Source of the DNA: Nitrosopumilus sp.
GTDB lineage: Archaea; Thermoproteota; Nitrososphaeria; Nitrososphaerales; Nitrosopumilaceae
Assembly (NCBI GenBank): GCA_965224195.1
Contig: OZ245040.1
Coordinates: 800,001 to 864,000, forward strand
Reading direction: 5' to 3'
Length of the DNA: 64,000 nucleotides
Below are positions 1-13,913 of this stretch, piece by piece. Made by a program: the position numbers and the translations under genes. The notes under the pieces are model-generated. The model was not told the origin of the DNA, made no database searches, and saw only the letters and a program-made list of their open reading frames with translations. The number at the start of each line of letters is the position of its first letter. Within the stretch, counting starts at the first letter, position 1.

Positions 1-1
1 C

Positions 2-3000
2 AGTTCCGGCTCTGGTGACGGCCAGTTTAATACGCCCTGGAGCACGGCAATAGCACAAAACGGCGACATACTGGTAGTAGATCAGGGCAACCACCGCATC
101 CAGATATTCAACTCTGATGGCACATACAAGGCAAAGATTGGCAGCAGCACTTCTGGTGCTGCAGGCAGTAGTAGTGCCAACGGCGAGTTTGACAGCCCCC
201 GAAGCATAACTATAACATCAGGCGGCGACATTCTAGTTGCAGACACGGGCAACAACCGCATCCAGGTGTTCAATCCTGACTATTCCTACAAGTCCAAGTT
301 TGGCAGTACAGGCAGCGGCAACGGCCAGCTCAACTCTCCTCGTGCTATAACGGTAGCAGCATCAAGCGGCGACATTCTAGTTTCAGATTATCTCAACAAA
401 CGCATTCATATTTTTGACTCTAGCTATGCCTACAAGGCAAAGTTTGATAATAAACCAATTCTGTTTTTACCCGCATCAGGTGCCAGTGCCATAGCAGTAG
501 GGGCTGATGGCGATATCCTCGCTAGTACGGACTATAAGAATATCGCTGTTTATGACTCTGCCACCTACGCCGTAAAATCAGTCTTTGCTAGTACCGTCAA
601 CCAGATTCGTGGCGTCACTCACGGCATAGCTGTCGCTCTAAATGGTGACATTCTCTTTACAGATTCAGGAATACACCACGTACAGGTATTCGGCTCTGAC
701 TATGCCTACAAGGCAGTTTTTGGCAGCTCAGGCTCTGGTGACGGCCAGTTTAACACCCCTTACGGCATAACAGTCGTCACTGTTGACAATACCCCGCCAA
801 AATTTGATTCAGCCGCACTGGATGAGGAAACCGGAGTCTTGGCAATAACTTTTAATGAGATAATTGCAAACGAGGGCTTGTCTACTGCCCCCTTTGACCT
901 ATCCAAACTGTTCATCAGTGAGTCGGGAAGTGCCAGCGGCAGCAGCGGCGTTCAACTGAGCGGTGCCAGCATTGAAACTGTCGGCAACAGCACCTCCATA
1001 GAGATCAAGCTGACCGAGGATCAAAGGCAGTCAGTCATTTTATTGACTGTCCCGGAACTGGACATCCTAGAAGCGGCAGTATTTGATGTTTCAGGCAATC
1101 AAATAGTTGCAGCACCAGACAATGTCATTGTAGTAACTGCCGATAATACCCCGCCAAAATTTCGTTCAGCAACACTAGATGAGGAAACCGGAGTCCTGGC
1201 AATAACTTTTGATGAGATAATAGCTGCCTCAGGCTTTGACTTGTCTATTGCCGCACATGAACGCGCTCTCTCAGTATCCTCACAGGACGCAAGTTTAGAA
1301 GGCGTGGCATTTAGCACAGATGGAACAAAGATGTTTGTTGTAGGTTATTCCAGTGAGAATATCTACGAGTACACATTAACTGCCCCCTTTGACATATCAG
1401 ATTCCACCCACACTGACACTTTCTCAGTAAGTTTACAGGACACGGATCCAAAAGATGTAGCATTTAGCACAGATGGAACAAAGATGTTTGTTGTAGGTTA
1501 TGCCAGTGAAAAAATCTACGAGTACACATTAACTGCCCCCTTTAACATATCTGCCCCCAACCACACTGACACTTTCTCAGTAGGTTTACAGGACGGCTCT
1601 CTAGAAGGTATGGCATTCAACCCAGCTGGAACAAAGATGTTTGTTGTAAGTACTAGTAATGATAATGTCAGCGAGTACACATTAACTGCCCCCTTTAACA
1701 TATCTGCCCCCATCCATGCAGGCACTTTCTCAGTATCTTCACAGGACACATCTCCGACAGATGTGGCATTCAACCCTGCTGGAACAAAGATGTTTGTTGT
1801 AGGTACTAGTAATGATAATGTCAACGAGTACACATTAACTGCCCCCTTTAACATATCTGCCCCCATCCATGCAGGCACTTTCTCAGTAGCTTTACAGGAG
1901 GATTCTCCAAGAGGCGTGGCATTCAACCCTGCTGGAACAAAGATGTTTGTTGTAGGTACTGGCAGTTATAATGTCAACGAGTATACATTAGCCACTCCAG
2001 CTTACCTGTCCAAACTGTTCATCAGCGAGTCGGGAAGTGCCAGCGGCAGCAGCAGCGGCGTTCAACTGAGCGGTGCCAGCATTGAAACTGTCGGCAACAG
2101 CATCTCCATAGAGATCAAGATGACCGAGGATCAAAGGCAGTCAGTCATTTTATTGACTACTCCAGAACTGGACATCCTAGAAGCGGCAGTATTTGATGTT
2201 TCAGGCAATCAAATAGTTGCAGCACCAGACAATGTCATTGTAGTAACTAACAGTGTACAGCCGCCACCACTTGCTGCTCCAACTGGCCTTTTATGGTCAG
2301 TATCTGGCACCACAGCTACCCTCATTTGGACTGCACCTGCAATACCTGCCAATTTATTCTATGATATTAGTAACGTATCCTATATCGTGAATGTCACTGA
2401 TGTTGCTGCTGGCACCACCGTACCGTATACCATATCTGACAGCACCATCACCACGTATGCGGTAACAAACCTGACACCGGGCAAATCTTATCAGATAACC
2501 GTAAAGGCACAAGCCTTGTTGACAGATTTACCCGTTCTGAACTCCCCACATACTGCAGTTGTATCCTTTGCTGTGCCTGCTGTGTCACCAGTGCCATCAT
2601 CACAACCATCTGCTGACAATACCCCGCCAAAATTAAAGTCAGCCGCACTAAATGAGAGAACCGGAGTCTTGGCAGTAACTTTTGATGAGATAATTGCAAA
2701 CGAGGACTTTGACTTGTCTACTGCTGACTATACAGACAACTCTTTCTCAGTATCTTCACAGGACACGTCTCCACAAGGCGTGGCATTTAACCCGGCTGGA
2801 ACAAAGATGTTTGTTGCAGGTGCCAGCAGTGGTGCCATCCACGAGTACACATTAACTGCCCCCTTTGACATGTCCAATTTCTCCCATGAACGACATTTCT
2901 CAGTATCTTCACAGGACACGCTTCCAACAGATGTGGAATTTAGCACAGACGGAACAAAGATGTTTGTTGTGGGTGCCAGCAGCAAGAATATCTACGAGTA

Positions 3001-6000
3001 CACATTAACTACTCCCTTTAACCTGGATACTGCCTCCTATACAAACAGCTCTTTCTCAGTATCTTCACAGGAGAGGTCTCCGACAGGCGTGGCATTTAGC
3101 ACAGACGGAACAAAGATGTTTGTTGTAGGTCTTCGTGACAATGTCAACGAGTACACATTAACTGCCCCCTTTGACATATCTGCCCCCTCTCACACCGACA
3201 CTTTCTCAGTATCTTCACAGGACACGTCTCCACAAGATGTGACATTCAACCCAGACGGAACAAGGATGTTTGTTACAGGTACCAGCAGTGATGCCATCCA
3301 CAAGTACGCATTAACTGCCCCCTTTGACATATCTGCTCCCATCCATGCAGACAACTCTTTCTCAGTAGCTTTACAGGAAAGGGATCCGACAGGCGTGGCA
3401 TTTAGCACAGACGGAACAAAGATGTTTGTTGTAGGTCTTGGCAGTGACAGTATCCACGAGTACGCATTAACCAATCCAGTTGATTTATCTAAACTGCTCA
3501 TCAGTGAGTCGGGAAGTGCCAGCGGCAGCGGCGTTCAACTGAGCGGTGCCAGCATTGAAACTGTCGGCAACAGTGATTTCATAGAGATTGAGCTGACCGA
3601 GGATCAAAGGCTGACAGTCATTGCATTAAATACCCCAGAACTGGACATCCTAGAAGCGGCAGTATTTGATGTTTCAGGCAATCAAATAGTTGCAGCACCA
3701 GACAATGTCATTGTAGTAATTGACAGCACCCCGCCAACATTTGAGTCAGCCACACTAAATGAGAGAACCGGAGTCTTGGCAGTAACTTTTGATGAGATAA
3801 TTGCAAACGAGGGCTTTGATCTGTCTACTGCCTTCTATACATCACGCTCCTTCTCAGTAGGTATGCAGGAAACGAATCCAACAGGCATGGCATTTAGCAC
3901 AGACGGAACAAAGATGTTTGTTGTAGGTGTTGGCAGCGAGAGTATACGCGAGTACGCACTGTCTGCCCCCTTTGACATATCTAACCCCACCTATACAGAC
4001 AACTCTTTCTCAGTAGCTTTACAGGAAAGGGATCCGTCAGGCGTGGCATTTAGCACAGACGGAACAAAGATGTTTGTTGTAGGTACTGGCAGTGGGAATA
4101 TCAACGAGTACGCATTAACTGCCCCCTTTGACATATCTGCTCCCATCCATGCAGACAACTCTTTCTCAGTATCTTCACAGGACACGTCTCCACAAGATGT
4201 GACATTCAACCCAGCTGGAACAAAGATGTTTGTTGCAGGTGCTGCTGGTGATGCCATCTACGAGTACGCATTAACTGCCCCCTTTGACATATCTAACCCC
4301 ACCTATACAGACAACCCTTTCTCAGTAGCTTCACAGGACACGTCTCCGTCAGGTGTGGCATTCAACCCAGCTGGAACAAAGATGTTTGTTGCAGACATGA
4401 CTGGCCTGGCTATCAACGAGTACACGCTGTCTGCCCCCTTTGACATATCTGATCCCTCTCACACCGACACTTTCTCAGTATCTTCACAGGACGAGTATCC
4501 AGAAGGCATGGCATTTAACCCAGCTGGAACAAAGATGTTTGTTGTAGGTGCTGACAATTGGAGTATCTACGAGTACGCATTAACCACTCCAGTTGACCTA
4601 TCCAAACTGTTCATCAGTGAGTCAGAAAGTGCCAATGATATTTCACTGACTGGTGCCAGAATTGCAACTGTAGGCAACAGTGATTCCATAGAGATTGAGC
4701 TAACCGAACCCCAAAGGCAGTCAGTCATTGCATTGATTACTCCGGAACTGGACATCCTGGCAGGAGCTGTATCTGATGTTTCAGGCAACGCAATAGTTCT
4801 GGCATCAGACAACCACATTGCAGTAACTGCCGATAATACCCCGCCAACATTTCGTTCAGCCGCACTAAATGAGGAAACCGGAGTTCTGGCAGTAACCTGG
4901 GATGAAACAATAACGGACTTTGATCTGTCTACTGCCTTCTATACATCACGCTCCTTCTCAGTATCTTCACAGGACACGTCTCCGTCAGGCGTGGCATTCA
5001 ACCCAGACGGAACAAGAATGTTTGTTGCAGGTGCCAGCAGTGATGCCATCCACGAGTACGAATTATCTGCCCCCTTTGACATATCTGCCCCCTCCTTTGT
5101 ACGGGACTTTTCAGTACTTGGACAGGACTATGCTCCAACAGATGTGGCATTCAACCCAGCTGGAACAAAGATGTTTGTTACAGGTCTTATTGGTGACAAT
5201 GTCTACGAGTACACGCTGTCTGCCCCCTTTGACATATCCCATACTACTACTACCCATACAGGCACTTTCTCAGTATCTGCACATGAAACGAATCCAAGAG
5301 GCATGGCATTTAGCACAGATGGAACAAAGATGTTTGTTACAGGCACCAGCAGTGACAGCATACACGAGTACGCACTGTCTGCCCCCTTTGACATATCTGC
5401 CCCCATCCATGCAGGCACCTTCCCAGTATCCGAACAGGACACCAGTCCAGCAGACGTGGCATTTAGCACAGACGGAACAAGGATGTTTGTTGCAGGCATG
5501 AACAGTGGTGCCATCCACGAGTACGCATTAACTGCCCCCTTTGACATATCTGATCCCTTCCATGCAGACAACTCTTTCTCAGTATCTTCACAGGACACGT
5601 CTCCAAGAGGCGTGGCATTCAACCCGGCTGGAACAAGGATGTTTGTTGCAGGTGCTGACAGTGGCAGTATCTACGAGTATGCATTAGAGAATGCCTCCCC
5701 CACTGATTTATCAAAACTGCTCATCAGCGAGTCAGGAAGTGCCAGCGGCAGCGGCGTTCAACTGAGCGGCGCCAGCATTGCAACTGTAGGCAACAGTGAT
5801 TTCATAGAAATTCAGCTAACCGAATCCCAAAGGCTGTCAGTCATTGCACTGACTACCCCAGAACTGGACATCCTGGCAGGAGCTGTATCTGATGTTTCAG
5901 GCAATCAAATAGGTGCAGCACCAAACAACCCCATTGCAGTGACTGCCGATAATACCCCTCCAAAATTTGAGTCAGCCACGTTAGATGAGGGAACAGGAGT

Positions 6001-9000
6001 CCTAACAATATCTTGGGATGAGACAGTAGACAACATGTCAACTGGTGATGTAGATTTATTAAAACTGCTCATCAGTGAGTCGGGAAGTGGCAGCGGCAGC
6101 GGCGTTCAACTGAGCGGCGCCAGCATTGCAACTGTCGGCAACAGTGATTTCATAGAGATTGAGCTGACCGAACCCCAAAGGGAATCAGTCATTGCACTGA
6201 CTACCCCAGAACTGGACATCCTGGCAGGAGCTGTATCTGATGTTTCAGGCAATCAAATAGGTGCAGCACCAAACAACCCCATTGCAGTGACTGCCGATAA
6301 TACCCCTCCAAAATTTGAGTCAGCCACGTTAGATGAGGGAACAGGAGTTTTGGCAGTAACCTGGGATGAAACAATAGCAAACGAGGGCTTTGACATATCC
6401 ACTGCCGCCCATGCAGGCTCTTTCTCAGTATCTTCACAGGACACGTCTCCACAAGGCGTGGCATTCAACCCAGACGGAACAAAGATGTTTGTTGCAGATG
6501 CTGACAGTAATGCCATCTACGAGTACGAATTATCTGTCCCCTTTGACATATCCAGCCTCTCCTCCCTCCATACAGGCTATTTCTCAGTATTTTTACAGGA
6601 CGACAGTCCAACAGGCGTGGCATTTAACCCGGCTGGAACAAAGATGTTTGTTGCAGGTGCTACCAGCAGTGATGCCATCCACGAGTACAAATTATCTGAC
6701 CCCTTTAGCGTATCTACTGCCTTCTATACACGCTCCTTCTCAGTATCCGACCAGGAAAGGGATCCAAGAGACGTGGCATTTAACCCGGCTGGAACAAAGA
6801 TGTTTGTTGCAGGTGCTGACAGTAATGCCATCCACGAGTACGCACTGTCTGACCCCTTTGACGTGTCCAGTTCTTCACATACACGCTCCTTCTCAGTATC
6901 TTCACAGGACAGGTTTCCAACAGGCGTGGCATTTAACTCAGATGGAACAAGGATGTTTGTTGCAGGCATGACTGGCCTGGCTATCAACGAGTACACGCTG
7001 TCTGCCCCCTTTGACATATCTGCCCCCATCCATGCAGACAACTCTTTCTCAGTAGCTTCACATACAACGAGTCCAACAGGCGTGGCATTCAACCCTGCCG
7101 GAACAAAGATGTTTGTTGTAGGTGCTGCTGGCACCGGCAGTATCCACGTGTACGCATTAACCACTCCAGTTGATTTATCTAAACTGCTCATCAGTGAGTC
7201 GGGAAGTGCCAGCGGCAGCGGCGTTCAACTGAGCGGTGCCAGCATTGAAACTGTCGGCAGCAGTACTTCAATAGAGATCAAGCTTACTGCACTCCAATTA
7301 CAGTCAGCCCTTGCATTGGATACCCCAGAACTGGACATCCTAGAAGCAGCAGTATTTGATGATTCAGGCAACGCAATAGCTGCGGCACTAAACAATGTCA
7401 TTGAAGTAACTAACAATGTAGTGCCGCCACTACTTGATGCGCCAACTGACCTTTCAGTGGCAGTATCTGGCACCACAGCTACCATCACTTGGACTGCACC
7501 TGCAATATCTGCCAATTCATTCTATGACATTAGTGACGTATCCTATATCGTGTATGTCGTTGATGTTGCTGCTGGTAGCGCCGTACAGTATACCATATCT
7601 GATGGCACCATCACCACGTATACGGCAACAAACCTGACACCTGACAAATCTTATCAGGTAACCGTAAAGGCACAAGCCTTGTTGACAGATTTAACCATTC
7701 TATCCTCCCAACCTACCGCAGCTGTATCCTTTGCTGTGTCTGAACCACCATCACTTGATGCGCCAACTAACCTTTTAGTCAATGTCATAAACGGCACCAC
7801 AGCTACTATCACTTGGACTGCACCTACAGTGGATGCCAATTCATTCTATACTATTGATGATATATCATATACCGTGGAGGTCTATAATCCTGGTATCTAT
7901 GATCGTATATCTGAACACGACGGTCGTACGACTGACACCTCATATACGATAACAGGCCTGACATCAGGTGAGTCATACCGCATAGTTGTATATGCAGTTG
8001 TCACTGTAGCAAACTATGATAGTTTAGAGTCTTTTGAACATGTCCTCTTTAATATGCCTGTTGACAGCATCCCGCCAAAATTAGAGTCAGCCGCACTAAA
8101 TAAGGGAACAGGAGTCTTGGCAGTAACTTTTGATGAGATAATAACAAACGAGGGCTTTGACTTGTCTACTGCCGTCCATACAGACAGATCTTTCTCAGTA
8201 GGTACGCAGGAAACTAGTCCAACAGGCATGGCATTTAGCACAGATGGAATAAAGATGTTTGTTGCAGGTGCTGCTGGTAAGGATATCAACGAGTACACAC
8301 TGTCTGACCCCTTTGACGTATCTACTCTCACCTTTGTAGTAGATCCTTTCTCAGTATCTGCACAGGATGCAACTCCGGCAGATGTAGCATTTAACACAGA
8401 CGGAACAAAGATGTTTGTTGTAGGTAATGCTGGTGGAGAGATCCACGAGTACGCATTATCTGACCCCTTTGACGTATCCTCCTCCGTCTTTGCAGATGAC
8501 TCTTTCTCAGTATCTGACCGGGTAGCTAGTCCAACAGGCATGGCATTTAGCACAGATGGAACAAAGATGTTTGTTATAAGTGCTCAACATGATCGTGTCT
8601 ACGAGTATGCATTATCTGACCCCTTTGACGTATCCTCCTCCGTCTTTGCAGATGTCTCTTTCTCAGTATCTGACCAGGATACAACTCCGGCAGATGTAGC
8701 ATTTAACACAGATGGAACAAAGATGTTTGTTGTAGGTAATGCTGGTGATGCCATCCACGAGTACGCCCTGTCTGCCCCCTTTGACATATCTGCCCCCACC
8801 CATGCAGGCACTTTCTCAGTAGCTTTACAGGAGGATTCTCCAAGAGGCGTGGCATTCAACCCTGCTGGAACAAAGATGTTTGTTGTAGGTAATGCTGGTG
8901 GAGAAATCCACGAGTACGCATTGGCTTCCTCTCTTGATCTATCCAAATTATTCATCAGTGAGTCGGGAAGTGCCAGCGGCAGCGGCGTTCAACTGAGCGG

Positions 9001-12000
9001 TGCCAGCATTGAAACTGTCGGCAGCAGTACTTCAATAGAGATCAAGCTTACTGCACTCCAATTACAGTCAGCCCTTGCATTGGATACCCCACAACTGGAC
9101 ATCCTGAAAGGAGCAGTATCTGATGTTTCAGGCAATCAAATAGGTGCAGCACCAAACAATGTCATTGAAGTAACTAGCAATGTAGTGCCGCCACTAGATG
9201 CGCCAACTGACCTTTCAGTGGCAGTATCTGGCACCACAGCTACCATCACCTGGACTGCACCTGCAATATCTGCCAATTCATTCTATGACATTAGTGACGT
9301 ATCCTATATCGTGAATGTTACTGATGTTGCTGCTGATAGCGTCGTACAGTATACCATATCTGATGGCACCACTACCACACATACGGCAACAAACCTGACA
9401 CCTGACACATCTTATCAGGTAACCGTAGAGGCACAAGCCTTGTTGTCAGATTCAACCATTCTATCCTCCCAACCTACCGCAGCTGTATCCTTTGCTGTGT
9501 CTGAACCACCATCACTTGATGCGCCAACTAACCTTTTAGTCAATGTCATAAACGGCACCACAGCTACTATCACTTGGACTGCACCTACAGTGGATATCAA
9601 TGACTTCTATACCATTAATGATGTGACTTATCAAGTGAATGTATTTGATTCTATCAATGCTCCTACTGCATCAAGTCGTTCTATAACTGACACCTCATAT
9701 ACGGCAACAGGCCTGACACCGGGTGAGTCATACAACGTATTTGTATCTGCAGATGCCGCCGTTGGATCAAGCTATATTGTGCAATCAGTTGGGGTATCTG
9801 CCCCCTTTGATATGCCTGCAGCAGATGCTATAGTTCCTGCACCAGTTGTTGTAACAGTAAATGCTGCAATGTATAACAGCACTGCAATCTTACTGACATG
9901 GACCCAGCCGCCATCATTAGAGGTAACTGGCTATAATTTATCATGGGTATCAACTGATGCTAATGGTTTCCCACATACTAGTGATAACATATCACTTGAC
10001 GTTGTAATGGGTGATACATTAGAATCCCACATATTTAATAATGTTAATCCTGGAGAGACATACTACTTTACATTGGATGTACTTTTCAATGTAGAAGGTT
10101 TTCCACAGCGTTTTGGCTCTTATGATGTGATATATACAGTACCTGTTGACAGCATCCCGCCAAAATTAGAGTTAGCCGCACTAAATGAGGGAACAAGAGT
10201 CTTGGCAATAACTTTTGATGAGATAATTGCAAACGAGGGCTTTGACATATCCACTGCCGCATATATAGACAATTTCCCAGTAGGTACACAGGACACTACT
10301 CCAGCAGGCATGGCATTTAACACAAATGGAACAAAGATGTTTGTTGCAGGCCTTGACACTAAGAGTATCTACGAGTACACATTAACTACTCCATTTGACG
10401 TATCCTCCTCCTCCTATATAGACCGCTCTTTCCCAGTATCCGATCCGGATTTGAATCCAAGAGATGTGGCATTTAACACAAATGGAACAAAGATGTTTGT
10501 TGTAGATTTTTCTGGTGGTGGTGTCTACGAGTATGCATTAACTACTCCATTTGACTTATCCACTGCCTCCTATGCAAACAGCTCTGTCTCAGTATCTTCA
10601 CAGGATGCAAATCCAACAGGTGTGGCATTTAACCCAGCTGGAACAAAGATGTTTGTTGTAGGTACTAATAATGATACTGTCTACGAGTATACATTAGGCA
10701 CTCCATTTGACTTATCCATTGCCGCCTATGCAAACAGCTCTTTCTTAGTATCTGATGAGGAAACGACTCCAACAGATGTGGCATTTAACACAGACGGAAC
10801 AAGGATGTTTGTTGCAGGCACCATCAGTGGTGCCATTCACGAGTATAAATTAACTGCCCCCTTTGACATATCTAATCCCTCCCATGCAGGCATCTTCCAA
10901 GTATCCAACCAGGATGAGTCTCCACATGGCGTGGCATTTAACACAGACGGAACAAAGATGTTTGTTGTAGGTGCCAGCAACAAAAATATCTACGAGTACA
11001 AATTAGCCACTCCAGTTGACCTATCCAAACTGTTCATCAGTGAGTCAGGAAGTGTTAATGAGATTTCACTGACTGGTGCCAGCATTGAAACTGTCGGCAA
11101 CAGTGCTTCAATAGAAATCAAGCTGACTGCACCTCAATTACAGTCAGCCCTTGAATTGACTACTCCAGAACTGGACATTATGCAGGCTGCAGTATCTGAT
11201 GTCTCAGACAATCAAATAGATGCAGCACCAAACAATCACATTACCATTATTACAGGAACTGGCCGTAGTTCTGGAGGAGGTAGCAGTAGCAGCAGTACCG
11301 AGTCCACTCCGCCTTCATTCCCCACCACCTCCTTTGATGGGAAAACTGACACCATATTCATCGGAACAGTGGGAATATCTCCAGAGCCATCCCGATTAGA
11401 TTACACACTAGACAACCCCGTCCTAGTACAGACAGGCCAATCAATCCCGATATCATTGACAATGCATGATAACATATCATGGGAGAGCATCTCTCATGTT
11501 GAGCTGTGTCTGAACAAGCAAATATCAAACAACCAAATATGTGACAGTGACACAAAACTAGTCTGGGACAAAAAATACAATGATGGCAACAACAACAATA
11601 ATAACAGCAACTCCCTGAAAATAATTGATCCAAACGGACTAATTGAGAATGCGTCTGTCAGTATTGCCAAAGTTGATGTACGCGTTGCAACATGGGACTA
11701 TTCTGTAACCTTTGGCAAAGCAATGGATACCTCTGACATTCAAATATATGCATGGGATGACAGGCGAAATGCCCTGACATTTACCATTCATAATGCCCTG
11801 ACTGTAACAGCACAGAATAATGCGCAAGGCTCTTCATCATCATCTGACACTGCTTCTTCTGACACCGCATCATCATCAGGCGGCAGTTCCTCTTCATCAT
11901 CAGGCGGCAGTTCCTCTTCTTCTTCTTCTTCTGACACTATCACATCATCATGTGATGCAGGCAAATTGTTGCTGGATAATGGCTTATGTATGGACCCTGA

Positions 12001-12363
12001 ACCTGGAACCTTTGCATGTCTGTCTGAGCAGGTGATGAATCATGACGGAACATGCCTTGATGCATCAAAGACAGCCATCGCCCAAGATGATGACATGATT
12101 AAACTGCTACCACCATCATCTGACACCCAGAGCACTGATGCCATCAAAAAGCAAAATGAGATGATAAAGAGATGGGCAGGATACTCTGAATTCTCTGCAA
12201 CTGATGCTGAGCTGATAAAGTCACTTGGCATTACAAATGACCTGCCACCTGACGTATCATTGCCAAAATGGATAAAGAAACACCTTGGAGAGATGGTATA
12301 TAAAAATCAGATTTCAGTAGAGCAGCTAAAGACAGTCTTGTCTTACATGGTGGGCGTCTTAAA

Positions 12364-12367
<4 letters not shown>
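2..12367 (+). CDS. Giant modular cell-surface protein/adhesin (5' end outside window): NHL repeats, Ig-like modules with inserted beta-propeller repeats, FN3-like domains, thaumarchaeal C-terminal surface domain
   Basis: The frame is open from base 2 (SSGSGDGQFNTPW...DQGNHRIQIF, NHL-type), so the listed start at 266 is internal. There are 35 copies of a ~51-aa 'VAFxxxGTKMFV...EYxLxxPFD' repeat and FN3-like 'APT.L...ATITWTAP...LTPG.SY' units. The C-terminus is LPKWIKKHLGEMVYKNQISVEQL. Confidence 0.9.
785..11255 (+). repeat. Nine dispersed copies of an Ig-like module coding repeat (starts 785, 1142, 2615, 3722, 4832, 5948, 6296, 8063, 10148) containing 35 ~153-bp blade repeats
   Basis: Near-identical DNA blocks recur, for example ggaacaaagatgtttgttg, gagtcgggaagtgccagcggcagcggcgttcaactgagcgg and ccagaactggacatcc. 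Confidence 0.9.
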
Positions 12368-13380
<1,013 letters not shown>

Positions 13381-13396
13381 TTGTCAATTATTTGCC

Positions 13397-13502
13397 ACTA
13401 GCAGGTACATTCTACCATCTAGTTGAAGGCCTACAATCTCCAGGCAAATAAAATATTTGTAGTCTGACTGGCAGGTACATTTTACCATCTAGTTGAAGGC
13501 CT
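13397..13502. repeat. Two-copy 36-bp direct repeat with 70-bp period
   Basis: actagcaggtacattctaccatctagttgaaggcct (13397-13432) versus actggcaggtacattttaccatctagttgaaggcct (13467-13502), 2 mismatches. Confidence 0.9.
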
Positions 13503-13811
13503 GGAACCTATGCACTGCGTCTTACAGCATTGTAAATGTCAGTAAAGACTTGCACACATCAGACAGAACATGGTTTCATAAAATACTTTGTCAAACAAAC
13601 AACAATCTGATCAACTTTATTTCATAACAATATCTTTGGATCTCACATTCTGCTATTCATGGTACAATGGAGTCAATACAATGAAAATAGTCAGAAGAGG
13701 TGAAATTATGTCATTGAGTACTACTGGCATAAAGAACTGGAGGTCATGAATCACAACAAAAGAGGTAGAAAGTCCAGGCTATCCTGAAAAACCCCAATGC
13801 ACTGGCCTACT

Positions 13812-13869
13812 TTCCAGATAATCCTTAGATGATTTTGGATAATTCTGACGTTCCTAGCTGGTTCTGGAA
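13812..13869 (+). repeat. 58-bp element, copy A, bounded by TTCCAGA...TCTGGAA
   Basis: Its reverse complement matches 14741-14798 at 53 of 58 positions. Confidence 0.9.
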
Positions 13870-13913
13870 TTTATCATAACCAAGAGAGCAGCAGCAGCAG
13901 AAAAAATATAATT

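Noticed and set aside
266-268. GTG at 266 as start of the giant protein
   Set aside because: The frame is open to base 2 with continuing NHL repeats and there is no signal peptide at 266.
82-12231. Many short antisense and alternative-frame ORFs within the giant gene
   Set aside because: They are shadows of the repetitive coding frame and recur with the repeat period.
13397-13502. Bona fide CRISPR array
   Set aside because: Only two repeats, no cas genes and no clear leader. Kept only as a low-interest finding.
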